From the UHGV virus genome UHGV-0310767: a DNA stretch of 64,000 bases. One strand, written 5' to 3'. The notes under the pieces were generated by a model. The model saw only the letters and a list, made by a program, of their open reading frames with translations, was not told where the DNA came from and did not search any database. Of this stretch, positions 20,215 through 29,471 are shown one piece after another; position 1 is the first letter of the stretch; every line of letters starts with the position of its first letter. Origin of the DNA: a virus. A program made the translations under genes and the position numbers.

Positions 20215-20395
20215 AACTTAAACTTAATATGCATATGAAATTTTGTTCATAATAGCCCCGTACCGTGTCCCCTCTGGATTATATTTGAACATGGTATCAG
20301 TTGTAATAGCTGCCGGGTGGCGTTTCCCAGGTCTTTCTAAACAATGCTTTATACCTCCTCATACAAGAATACCCCGCACGGCGGCGGGGCTTCTT

Positions 20396-20686
20396 TTAGG
20401 CTTCTTTCTTCCAGTATGCCGGATATCTGCCCGTTTCGTTGGTGCAGTTGTAATACATGAAAGCATTAACCACGGTTTCAAATTCACGGTTGCGGGCTAT
20501 TGTAGTGTTGAACCCGTCCCCACTAACTTGCGTGTAGCTTTCCCGCTGTGCGTCTGAGTAGCAACCCCACGGGGAAACCGGGGACAGCTTGCAAGCTGTC
20601 AAGCGGATGACCTCACCCGCATTATAGCGGCGGGCGGCTTCCTTCTTACTAATGCGGATATAACCGCCTATTTGTATTTTATTCAT
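20396..20686 (-). CDS. hypothetical protein, GC-rich gene (likely horizontally acquired)
   Basis: 96 aa; local GC well above backbone. Confidence 0.4.
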   Translation of the reverse strand: MNKIQIGGYIRISKKEAARRYNAGEVIRLTACKLSPVSPWGCYSDAQRESYTQVSGDGFNTTIARNREFETVVNAFMYYNCTNETGRYPAYWKKEA

Positions 20687-20906
20687 GGTGCAACCTCCTA
20701 TTTGTGCATTTTGCTATTGTATGCGGTTCTTTCTGTGGTGCTAGTTGGGTAGAAGTAGGCTTGTAATCAGCATAAGGGGACTTCATTTTTTCCACCCGTG
20801 GAATGTCCTCAATTGCTTTGACATTTGCTTTGTGTATGGAATATCCTACCATTATACCTATACCTATCATAGATACTAATACGATTTTAGCAATTAATTT
20901 TTTCAT
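20679..20906 (-). CDS. small membrane protein
   Basis: 75 aa; N-terminal TM helix IAKIVLVSMIGIGIMVGY. Confidence 0.4.
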   Translation of the reverse strand: MKKLIAKIVLVSMIGIGIMVGYSIHKANVKAIEDIPRVEKMKSPYADYKPTSTQLAPQKEPHTIAKCTNRRLHHE

Positions 20907-21057
20907 TTTTTTATTCTCCTTTTTATTCTTTATTCATAAAATTTACCACTCTCGTAAAACCAATAGTTATTGGATTCACAAATTTCCTTTAAATCTTTAT
21001 CTGAAATTTCGTAAAAGAACTCATATCCCATCTTTTCAAATTCCCTAGTTAATGTAG

Positions 21058-21291
21058 TTAAGGAATCTGAAAAAAATCTTTGAAATTTCTTAACAAGACC
21101 GATAGGAAATTTAAGAAATCACTCTCTTGTCTATTGTATTCTTTCATTAAAGTACCTGTAATAAACGCTTTTGCGTCTTTTTCTGCATCTTCTTGTGAAC
21201 TAAATTCAAATTCCCCTTGTGTGCCAACGATAACATGGTTTAACAGAATATCGTAAAGCCATACAGTTTCTGTATTTTTATATGTATTCAT
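21058..21291 (-). CDS. hypothetical protein
   Basis: 77-aa ORF downstream of promoter at 21335-21363. Confidence 0.35.
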   Translation of the reverse strand: MNTYKNTETVWLYDILLNHVIVGTQGEFEFSSQEDAEKDAKAFITGTLMKEYNRQESDFLNFLSVLLRNFKDFFQIP

Positions 21292-21334
21292 TTATACCTC
21301 CTTTTGAAATTTTGTGCTGATTGATTATGTACTA

Positions 21335-21363
21335 AGTATAAAGCATTTATTTTATTTTGTCAA
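21335..21363 (-). promoter_or_regulatory. sigma-A promoter with AT-rich UP-like element (TTGACA-N17-TATACT on minus strand)
   Basis: plus tgtcaa 21358-21363, agtata 21335-21340; UP-like ttttttaaaatttatttttaaaaa immediately upstream. Confidence 0.55.
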
Positions 21364-21386
21364 TACTTTTTAAAAATAAATTTTAA

Positions 21387-21415
21387 AAAATCCCCATTGT
21401 TTAAATGGGGATTTT
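21387..21415 (-). terminator. intrinsic terminator after DUF262 gene
   Basis: hairpin tcccca-ttgtttaaa-tgggga flanked by A/T runs. Confidence 0.5.
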
Positions 21416-21422
21416 ACAGTCT

Positions 21423-22850
21423 TTAGAATGGTGCAATACCTAACTTCGACTTGTTTGCCTTTTCCTGCTCTTTGGCTTTTCTTTTTTCTTCTAATTGTTT
21501 GTTATAGTCTGCCGTAGACATAATAATGGGTTCCTCTTTTTTGGGGGCCGCTGTTTTAGGTGCAGTAGGTGCCTTTTCTTTTTCTTTTGGATTGGATACA
21601 GGTTTTTCTGGCTTTTTTACCGTTTTCTTCTTTAACTCCTGCTTTGGTTTTTCTACTTTTGGTTGTTCTGGCTCTGGTTCTGTGATAACAGGGGAATTAA
21701 AGTCAATTACTTCATCATAATTTACCCTTTTTTCCTTTTTGTTTTCTTCCTTTGTGTCCTCCTGGTCCTCGTTTTCAAAATCGGCTAAATCTGTACTATA
21801 GATATCCTCTTTTTCTCCATTGAAAAGCTTTTCATAATGGTTCATAAGGGCATTGTGCCTCACTCTTATGTGGCTACGGCTTGCACTTGCATTATCAAAA
21901 ATCCCATTATAAGCACTATTAATAGTAGGCTCTTTTGTGCTCTTGCCGTCATAAAAGCTTTCTACAAACTCGACAAATTTTGCCGGGTTTATATCATCTT
22001 CAATGGCCCTATCAATAATAGGAACCAATGATAAGAAATGAGTTTTTGTTATCATCCGCTTTGCAATTTTAACAATGGATAAATTATTATAAACCAGTAA
22101 CGCAAAGTCTAATACATTAGTGATACGACTAGATTCTTCGGGGGTAACATCAATGCTTTTCAACTCTGCCTTGATGTGACTACTCATTAAGTTTGGTTCA
22201 TCCTCATTTAACATGAACCACATTTTTGTAGCCATGTCAAAAGAACTGTTTACCAGAGCCTTTTCGCTGAACATTGTCGCAAAAAGTTTATGGTCACTTA
22301 AAGCTTTAAGAGTATCACGGCTTTTCGCCTGTGCTCTTGCCAACTCTGTATTGGTAAGAGATTTACCATTGTTAAGCTTAAAGAAAATCATATCCGCTTC
22401 AATGTCCGTTGCATTATCAATATAGTAGATAGAAATAGTTGCATCCTTGATTCTATCTTTTTCTTCCTCTGTTAAATCATTCCAGGATAATCCATTGATA
22501 TCCTGCAATTCTTCATTTTCTCCCCTGGCAATTCTAAAATCGAATTTATCACCCTCTTTGTACTCTGGAATCTTTGAAAGCTTAAACTCGCCTTTCATGA
22601 AACGGTATACAGTTGTACACCTCTGCTGTCCGTCCCTTGCTTCCATTTTGTATTGGTTTCCATCTTCCAGAGACAACCGCCTAATGAATAAAGGCGGTAT
22701 AATATCCCCATTAAATAAACTATGAATAAATAAAGACTGACGACCAATATCCCATACAAATCCGCGCTGAACGGGGCAACGAAAATTGATGTTGTTAAAC
22801 TCCTTTAATAACCTTTTCATCGTCCAAGTAGTAGTTGTAATACTATACAT
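21423..22850 (-). CDS. DUF262 / ParB-like nuclease domain protein (DGQQR motif), C-terminal KE-rich tail ending ...GIAPF
   Basis: 475 aa; RCPVQRGFVWD...EARDGQQR matches the DUF262 (GmrSD N-terminal domain) signature. Confidence 0.6.
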   Translation of the reverse strand: MYSITTTTWTMKRLLKEFNNINFRCPVQRGFVWDIGRQSLFIHSLFNGDIIPPLFIRRLSLEDGNQYKMEARDGQQRCTTVYRFMKGEFKLSKIPEYKEGDKFDFRIARGENEELQDINGLSWNDLTEEEKDRIKDATISIYYIDNATDIEADMIFFKLNNGKSLTNTELARAQAKSRDTLKALSDHKLFATMFSEKALVNSSFDMATKMWFMLNEDEPNLMSSHIKAELKSIDVTPEESSRITNVLDFALLVYNNLSIVKIAKRMITKTHFLSLVPIIDRAIEDDINPAKFVEFVESFYDGKSTKEPTINSAYNGIFDNASASRSHIRVRHNALMNHYEKLFNGEKEDIYSTDLADFENEDQEDTKEENKKEKRVNYDEVIDFNSPVITEPEPEQPKVEKPKQELKKKTVKKPEKPVSNPKEKEKAPTAPKTAAPKKEEPIIMSTADYNKQLEEKRKAKEQEKANKSKLGIAPF

Positions 22851-22932
22851 AATTCTTTCCTCCTGTTTTTCACTTACAATATTTATTTGTTAAATACATT
22901 TTACTATAAGAAATAATAAAAGTCAACACTTT

Positions 22933-23289
22933 TTACAAATTTTCATCTAAAATAAAATCAAAAAAACATTGCGCTTTATCAACAAAAATTTTGCAACCTT
23001 TAAAAGCTGATTCAATACTTTTTTTGCAAGATAAGTCTATACCTACATACTCCTTTAAAAATTGATAAAAATATTTTAAAGTAGTAATAGAATAATTCCA
23101 TTTGTTACTAACAACTATTTGCTTTTTGTTGTAATCTACCTTACAAATCAAAGAATCATAACTTTGAAAAATTTCTGTATGATTATCTTTTGTATTGATA
23201 ATCATTACAACTTGATTTTTAGCAGTGTTTCCCGCTCTTGTTCCTCTTAAAAATTCTGTCTTATATTCAACATTTTTTAATGTGCTCAT
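22933..23289 (-). CDS. hypothetical protein
   Basis: 118-aa ORF. Confidence 0.35.
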   Translation of the reverse strand: MSTLKNVEYKTEFLRGTRAGNTAKNQVVMIINTKDNHTEIFQSYDSLICKVDYNKKQIVVSNKWNYSITTLKYFYQFLKEYVGIDLSCKKSIESAFKGCKIFVDKAQCFFDFILDENL

Positions 23290-23306
23290 ATTAACAAATC
23301 TCCTTA

Positions 23307-23519
23307 TTATTTACTAGCATATAAACCACTTAATGATTTATAAAATTTATCACTTGACCATGGCAACAAAGGACTTCTTACAATTTCTGTAGTCCCATCT
23401 ACATAAAAAATTTTAGCTACTTTATTTCCGTTTTTGTCCAAAGTAGAGTACCATTTCCATACTGGTTTACCATTCCATGTTTTTAAATTAGACATAATTA
23501 TATCCCTTTCTATATCCAA
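23307..23519 (-). CDS. hypothetical protein
   Basis: 70-aa ORF. Confidence 0.3.
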   Translation of the reverse strand: MDIERDIIMSNLKTWNGKPVWKWYSTLDKNGNKVAKIFYVDGTTEIVRSPLLPWSSDKFYKSLSGLYASK

Positions 23520-24259
23520 GCTGGAACTTTGTTTGATTTTGGTAAATTAGTTAAAAAATCTATAACATCCTGTGGTATTTCTTCCTTCAACCAACCATGA
23601 CCATATTTATATCCACATATAGGACATTTCCTTCCTAATAATCCTAATTCATTTTCTGAATAATTTATATGTCCTCTAATTTTATGGTCAATATTGGAAT
23701 ATCCTAAACAGTTTTTCTCTGTATATTCATAGCATTCACTGTCTGAAAACTCATTACCATTATAAGATTTTTTCTCAAATGGTAAATTGTAAATTTTTGT
23801 TTCTTCCAAAGTAGGAAAGAATGGCTCATGATTTGTCAAACATTTTAAAGCACGATTTTTTGCTTCGTTCTGTTTTTCTCTGGTTTCTCTAGTAAGTTTA
23901 TAAGTTTTTACTTCAACTTTTTCCTCTGCCATTTTGTCCCATCCCATTTTTTTCATATGCTTACAGTATGGACGCATATCATTTAAATGCCATTCGTCCC
24001 ATATGTCACAAAACTTCTGTAACATTTCATCTGTCCAATTCTTTGTGGGGGTTCCTGTTCTTACTTCGTCTGAACACTGTCCACAACTTCCATAACAATT
24101 CCCATTAGACTTTGGGCCAACAACACCCGTGATATTTAATTTACCTTCTAAAAGTTCTATTTTACAAAAAACTGGAACCTCTGTCTCATGATTTCCCCAT
24201 AATTCAATTTTACTACATGGATTAACAATAATTTTCATTTTCGATTTTCTCCTTTTCAT
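23510..24259 (-). CDS. hypothetical Cys-rich protein
   Basis: 249 aa; many Cys including CYGSCGQC and CPICGYKYGHGW. Confidence 0.4.
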   Translation of the reverse strand: MKRRKSKMKIIVNPCSKIELWGNHETEVPVFCKIELLEGKLNITGVVGPKSNGNCYGSCGQCSDEVRTGTPTKNWTDEMLQKFCDIWDEWHLNDMRPYCKHMKKMGWDKMAEEKVEVKTYKLTRETREKQNEAKNRALKCLTNHEPFFPTLEETKIYNLPFEKKSYNGNEFSDSECYEYTEKNCLGYSNIDHKIRGHINYSENELGLLGRKCPICGYKYGHGWLKEEIPQDVIDFLTNLPKSNKVPAWI

Positions 24260-24382
24260 TTATACGTTTTTACGTTTTCTTTTCTCAATGCTAGAAGATA
24301 TGACTTTGTTTCGATATTCAATTTTTATTGAACCTTTAGAACTTTTTAGATTATGTAGAAGTGTGTTTCATTTGATGTACTA

Positions 24383-24411
24383 ATGATATCATACACATTT
24401 CTATATGTCAA
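24383..24411 (-). promoter_or_regulatory. sigma-A promoter with UP-like element (TTGACA-N17-TATCAT on minus strand)
   Basis: plus tgtcaa 24406-24411, atgata 24383-24388; same upstream AT-motif and downstream TTAGTACAT as promoter at 21335. Confidence 0.55.
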
Positions 24412-24442
24412 TACTTTTTTAAAAATAAATTTTAAAAAAATA

Positions 24443-24469
24443 AAAAAGCCTAACGATTAGGCTTTTTTT
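24443..24469 (-). terminator. intrinsic terminator
   Basis: hairpin aaaaaagcctaa-cga-ttaggctttttt. Confidence 0.5.
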
Positions 24470-24565
24470 ATAAGATACCCCCTAGTTTCAGCTATTACTA
24501 ATTTTCTCATACCATAGAAAACAAAAAGCAAAATAGATTTTCTTATGTCTTATATTATAAGATAG

Positions 24566-24757
24566 TTATTTTATTTTTACGGTTCCCTTCTTTACCACTA
24601 TACCCATTACAGATTCTAAACCATTTTGATTTAAGTATTCTTCAAATTCTTTATTGACTTTCCTCTGTAATTCTTCCATTTTATCATATATTCTTTTTTC
24701 TAATTTTTTATTGATAGATTCATCAACAAAAAATATTCCAAAAAAATTACTATCCAT
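24566..24757 (-). CDS. hypothetical protein
   Basis: 63-aa ORF. Confidence 0.3.
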   Translation of the reverse strand: MDSNFFGIFFVDESINKKLEKRIYDKMEELQRKVNKEFEEYLNQNGLESVMGIVVKKGTVKIK

Positions 24758-24827
24758 AACTTAAATTTTCCTTCCTTTATAATAAGAAATAAAAGATTAT
24801 TTATTATCATAAGTTGTATTCATTTTT

Positions 24828-25016
24828 TTATTTTACTATCCATCTATCTATAAAAGATTGCGTATGATTATTAGTAGCTTTTCTTAATTCTTCACCTGCT
24901 TTATTTGCTTTTTTCAAGGAGGAATAAACACCATGCATGATTGTATCTGTTTCATTTGTATAGGTGTAAAGTACGTATACATAATTTTTATAAGTTTTTC
25001 TTTTTGCTTTGTCCAT
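24828..25016 (-). CDS. hypothetical protein
   Basis: 62-aa ORF. Confidence 0.3.
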   Translation of the reverse strand: MDKAKRKTYKNYVYVLYTYTNETDTIMHGVYSSLKKANKAGEELRKATNNHTQSFIDRWIVK

Positions 25017-25349
25017 TTATTTATCTTCCCTTCTTTAATTTAAACTACAAAATTTTTATACTTTTATATTCTGCATCCTTGAAAAAATATAATATAGATA
25101 TAAACTGTCTTATTAACAAGCCGTCCATCACTATATTATTACTTTATATAAAAAAGAATATAATTATTACTAATACTACTATAACATAAGACCAATAAAA
25201 AAGCAAGCATAAAAATTATACTTGCATATAAAAAAGCCCCTGGAAATTTTCAAAACGTGGATTACCCCTTATTCCTGGATTTTCTGGACTTTTGTAAAAA
25301 TTGCTCTTGTATTTTCTTCCCAAAATTTTCCATTTTTAAATCTATCCAA

Positions 25350-25960
25350 CAATAAAAATAATTTGAATAGGCCTAAAAATTTTTAAGATTAAAGAAATGG
25401 TGCCAGCCAATGGGTAACTGCCGGCTTGTAATAGGGCTACAATGCACTACAATCACGCTACAACTGTTTTGATGATGATAGGTAAGGAAATGTACACCTA
25501 TGCCACAAAGTCCTGTTATACGGCCTTGTACGGACTTATAATCAAGGTTGACATAATACAGTCTTGCCCCATACGTCCCATCATAACGATTATTGCCACC
25601 TATCCATTGTCACATACACCCCACCATCAATCCATACAACGCCCTAGAATGCCTGTAAACGCTTTTAAATGAGTCAAGGGTAGAAATATACCATAATTAC
25701 CTTAAAACCCTTTAAAGGCCCTTTAAACGCTTTACAGGCAAGGTTTACATAATACAGCTTAAAAGATTGATTGCCCCATGCATCCTGCTGGCCTGTTATC
25801 TGTGACCAGCTTATGGCCCCTTGCGTCAATATGGTTACAAGGCCGTAAAAGGGACTACAAGCCGTTGTATGTCCCCATGTGGTGAAATATGCTACTGTAC
25901 CCCTAAAGGCCCTGGAAATGGCTTGTAATGCGTTGTAGGATAGGTTGACATAATTTTGTT
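25350..25960 (+). repeat. degenerate tandem repeat array, period ~195-200 bp, three units, each ending in a GGTTGACATAAT(A) core
   Basis: cores at about 25546, 25741 and 25941 (spacing 195 and 200 bp) preceded by AAAGGCCCT..AAACGCTTTACAGG-like segments; fourth partial copy at 29805-29850. Confidence 0.55.
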
Positions 25961-26080
25961 GTCATTGTGCTACGATTCTATAAAAATAATTTTCATAGAT
26001 TCATATGTGGTGAAAAAATTTTTCGTCACATATCAACCCACGAAAAAAAGGTGGTACACATGCACCACCTATGAAATTGA

Positions 26081-26368
26081 CTACTGATTGTTACTGATTA
26101 CATCCATGACAACATCATCTGCCGTATTGCTAGGAGTGTAATTGTCATGCATTTTGATGGTCACTGGCTCCCCCGGCAGGAAATAGCAGTTGTCCACTGT
26201 GATTGTATCCCCGTCCACTGTCTCAAACGTACATACAAGATTGCTGTCACAGTCCAGGCATACCGCCTGTAATGTGTAGCCCTGTGCCCATGTCTCCATC
26301 CGTCCCCATGCCATCATAAATAATCCAACAATAGCGCATGAACCTAAAAATTTTCTAAATTTTCTCAT
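26081..26368 (-). CDS. small secreted protein (signal peptide)
   Basis: start reassigned to internal ATG (MRKFRKFLGSCAIVGLFMMAWG...) with AAGGAG RBS; Cys-rich mature part. Confidence 0.45.
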   Translation of the reverse strand: MRKFRKFLGSCAIVGLFMMAWGRMETWAQGYTLQAVCLDCDSNLVCTFETVDGDTITVDNCYFLPGEPVTIKMHDNYTPSNTADDVVMDVISNNQ

Positions 26369-26381
26369 TATTAAATCTCCT

Positions 26382-26690
26382 TTACATATATTTACGATAG
26401 TATTTATTACAATGCGTGGCAACTTCGATACTTATGGACTTTTTTATGATTTCATCTAAAATTTTCTTATTTTTTTCAGATATTAAATCTAAATCTAACA
26501 TCATTTCTGCAATATGCCATGCTTTCAACATATGTGAGGTAGTTTTCTCATTTATCTTGTGTAATCTGTAAACACAGACAAGAGAAAGCCTAATTTCAGA
26601 CAAAAAATACCTTTGCAATTTAATCGCCTGAATATTTTTACATTTAATATTAATCTTCTGTTTTCTTTTCATAATCAATACCCCAGCCAC
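26382..26690 (-). CDS. hypothetical protein
   Basis: 102-aa ORF. Confidence 0.3.
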   Translation of the reverse strand: MAGVLIMKRKQKINIKCKNIQAIKLQRYFLSEIRLSLVCVYRLHKINEKTTSHMLKAWHIAEMMLDLDLISEKNKKILDEIIKKSISIEVATHCNKYYRKYM

Positions 26691-26857
26691 TCTCTAAGTG
26701 ACGTAATTGTGCCATTGACAGACAACTGTCCATTAATCAATGTTAATGTATCATAATTTGGACTATTAGCGTATACATAAGCCCTAATCTCACCATTGAC
26801 AGTCTTATGTATTATGCCATGTGATTTTAAATGATAAAGCAATTCTTTTTTAAGCAT
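26675..26857 (-). CDS. hypothetical protein
   Basis: 60-aa ORF. Confidence 0.25.
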   Translation of the reverse strand: MLKKELLYHLKSHGIIHKTVNGEIRAYVYANSPNYDTLTLINGQLSVNGTITSLREWLGY

Positions 26858-26867
26858 TGTGCACCCC

Positions 26868-27221
26868 CTATATGTTGACGTTGATAGATTTCAGATAATT
26901 CCTAGTTACTCGCTGGAATTTACTATAAAATAGTACTCCCTTAATCTTTTGATTCAGATAATAGTGACCATCGGCAGTCCTTTTGACTACCCATACTTTG
27001 TCAGGATTGAAAATATCTGTAATCTCTTTAGTATATCCTTTTTGCAATGCCTGGACGGCCTTGCTATAGATAGTTTTTGTTTTTTGCGCAAAGTCAACCA
27101 CGTTAGCTAATGTGTGGTATCCCCCTAATGTGCAGGACGTGTGATATTTTGTCCTTACCTCTTTATCCCTTTTGGCCTGCACTATCTCTAAATTTAAACT
27201 ATAATCATGATGCCCGTACAT
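26868..27221 (-). CDS. hypothetical protein
   Basis: 117-aa ORF. Confidence 0.35.
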   Translation of the reverse strand: MYGHHDYSLNLEIVQAKRDKEVRTKYHTSCTLGGYHTLANVVDFAQKTKTIYSKAVQALQKGYTKEITDIFNPDKVWVVKRTADGHYYLNQKIKGVLFYSKFQRVTRNYLKSINVNI

Positions 27222-27224
27222 AAT

Positions 27225-27674
27225 CTATATCCCCCTTATAATTGTTGTGATTATCTCTTTTTCCATGTCTTTTACGGTCATGCCGTCCAGATATCGGCTA
27301 TGGTCGTATATGTCCTTTGCAATGTCCTGTAACGTGATGCGTTGGCCCTTAATTGCCATTAACAAACGTGTATACTCGTCATTATCTCCCAACGTATACA
27401 ATGCCTTGTCAATACAGTATCGCCTTATATCCTCTGCCTGTATTGTATAGTGGCCCTCCGTATATAACCATTGCTTATAAGTATCTGTCAATCCCATATA
27501 ACGTATGCTATCCCGTAACCCTTGTGCTTTGCCGATAGTATACATTGCCATACTATTAGTCATGGTCGTTGGTAAGGATATGTCCTCCAACTCTCTTTGT
27601 GCTTCTTGCGCTTTTTTATTAATGGTGTAATACTCCCAAAAGAGAGTAGCCAATTTTTTGTTGGTAATTGTCAT
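27225..27674 (-). CDS. hypothetical protein
   Basis: 149-aa ORF; GC higher than backbone. Confidence 0.4.
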   Translation of the reverse strand: MTITNKKLATLFWEYYTINKKAQEAQRELEDISLPTTMTNSMAMYTIGKAQGLRDSIRYMGLTDTYKQWLYTEGHYTIQAEDIRRYCIDKALYTLGDNDEYTRLLMAIKGQRITLQDIAKDIYDHSRYLDGMTVKDMEKEIITTIIRGI

Positions 27675-27686
27675 TGTTTATCCTCC

Positions 27687-28145
27687 CTAATATCCCAAAA
27701 GCCTTGTATATTCACCCTCTGCACCTAATTCCCATGCCGTAGCGTTGTATCCGTATAAAGCGGGATTAAACAGTTCTCGCGCCCTTTTATCCATTGCGTT
27801 TTTGTCTGCAAAAAACTCCTCGTTTTTTAGATTGCCTTTGTTTGTCCCTGTCAAAACGTATGTGCGCAATTTATAGGCCACTAAATCATTGATGATAATA
27901 CGTAAGGTATCATCACGCATAACATCATGCTGTACCACCTTGTAACCATCATAGTTGTGATTGCCCATCACATGATGATAGTTACGGCTGTACAACTTAC
28001 CAGACAAACCTATAACCTGTACAAAATTGTATTGATTTGTTGATAAGTTGCTGTAATAATCCCTTAAAATTAATGTGTCTGTAGTTGCATCATGGTTGAT
28101 AAAATTAAATTGTTTTCTCGTTTCTTGCGCTATAGTCTTATTCAT
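27687..28145 (-). CDS. hypothetical protein
   Basis: 152-aa ORF. Confidence 0.4.
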   Translation of the reverse strand: MNKTIAQETRKQFNFINHDATTDTLILRDYYSNLSTNQYNFVQVIGLSGKLYSRNYHHVMGNHNYDGYKVVQHDVMRDDTLRIIINDLVAYKLRTYVLTGTNKGNLKNEEFFADKNAMDKRARELFNPALYGYNATAWELGAEGEYTRLLGY

Positions 28146-28160
28146 GTTAATTACTCCTTT

Positions 28161-28457
28161 CTAGGCTTTGTCTATCTTTTTTCTTATAAATTCTATTATC
28201 GCTTTAGTTTCTTCCCAAAATCTCGCGTTACTTTCTGCATTTTTATACTTTGGCTTCCCGTCTTCGTCTTTTTCTTGTGCTAATTTCGCCCATGCTTTCG
28301 CTTCCTCGTTTCTATAATTTGTACTCATAAGTAAATATGATGTCAGGCTATTCCATTGCCCTTTTGTAAGTGTTACTGTTTTTTCCTCTGCTTCCCACTT
28401 TTCCAAGTCTTTTAATTCTTCCGTTGTTAATTTTTCCATTTTTATAACTCCTTTCAT
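28161..28457 (-). CDS. hypothetical protein
   Basis: 98-aa ORF. Confidence 0.35.
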   Translation of the reverse strand: MKGVIKMEKLTTEELKDLEKWEAEEKTVTLTKGQWNSLTSYLLMSTNYRNEEAKAWAKLAQEKDEDGKPKYKNAESNARFWEETKAIIEFIRKKIDKA

Positions 28458-29174
28458 CTTTTATTTAGTTAAATGTATTTACATTTGTCAATGTACATTA
28501 TAATACCATTCACCTCATACTTTCTTATATATTGGATACGGCAGAACGCCTATAACTTATGTTTCCGACTTGGAAGAGATATTTATTTTTGATTGTGTCG
28601 TGTTGACCACGGTTATACAATACCGCTTACACAATTTCCTGTCAATATGTAAAAATAACTAAATTGCAATCAATTTATTATACATAATAGCTAAAAATAA
28701 ATAGTTGAAATGTTGCAAAAATCACAGTTAGTAATGCCTATTGGTACATTCATATACATATACGTCCACACAATTTTATTTTATTGTATATAATCACATG
28801 TCAAAAAATACCCCTAAAACTTATGCAAAGTGTACAATTATATATGCCTAACTTAAATCATGCACAAAAACCATGTAAGAAAAAATATTTATTTTGTCTA
28901 TTATTTATATTAGCATTCTGAAAAAGTAATCTGATAATTCCCAACACTTTCAGAATTGATTAAATTGTGTTGCCCCATTATCGCACTATTAAATGTATTA
29001 GTCCCCAATAGTTTTAATATACATCAAATCTCGCTACTGTTTAAAAGAATTATCTGATAACTTATTGGGCCAATATACAATTCAATTTAAGTTGCGTATA
29101 GAATTTAAAAGATTGTATATAATTATAAATACAAAACTTGATACCATTAAATTAAATAAGGAGGAATAATATTC

Positions 29175-29471
29175 ATGAGTAACAAATATCAGACAATTAG
29201 AGAAATTTATATTGACCTTTACATTCGCAATAAAGCCATTGTAAGGGCCAACAAGAAAGAAAAACCAGAGGATTTTCCTATTATTAAGGTAAGTGGAAAA
29301 CGGCTCATGCAATTGTCCAGGATGAATTTTTTAAGGAGGAAAGAGATAACCAATGATTTTTCTAATGGTTTACTCACTGATAAGGGATACAAAGAAGAAA
29401 TGACTATTTGCCAATATATTAGTTATCAGATAACCAATACAGAACATTCACAGAAAATTTTGTTTGTTTAG
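29175..29471 (+). CDS. hypothetical protein (lone plus-strand gene; possible regulator)
   Basis: 98 aa; strong RBS AAGGAGGAATAATATTC-ATG; TTATCNGATAA palindromes upstream and inside its 3' end. Confidence 0.45.
   Translation: MSNKYQTIREIYIDLYIRNKAIVRANKKEKPEDFPIIKVSGKRLMQLSRMNFLRRKEITNDFSNGLLTDKGYKEEMTICQYISYQITNTEHSQKILFV

Noticed and set aside
23510-24259. CxxxCxxC (CYGSCGQC) in the 249-aa Cys-rich protein as a radical-SAM signature
   Set aside because: There is a single occurrence with Gln rather than an aromatic before the last Cys. The protein is short and has no glycine-rich SAM motif. More likely a zinc-binding cluster.
25350-25960. Tandem repeat array as a CRISPR array
   Set aside because: Repeat period is ~197 bp, the units are degenerate, and there are no short identical direct repeats with unique spacers. 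Not CRISPR-like.
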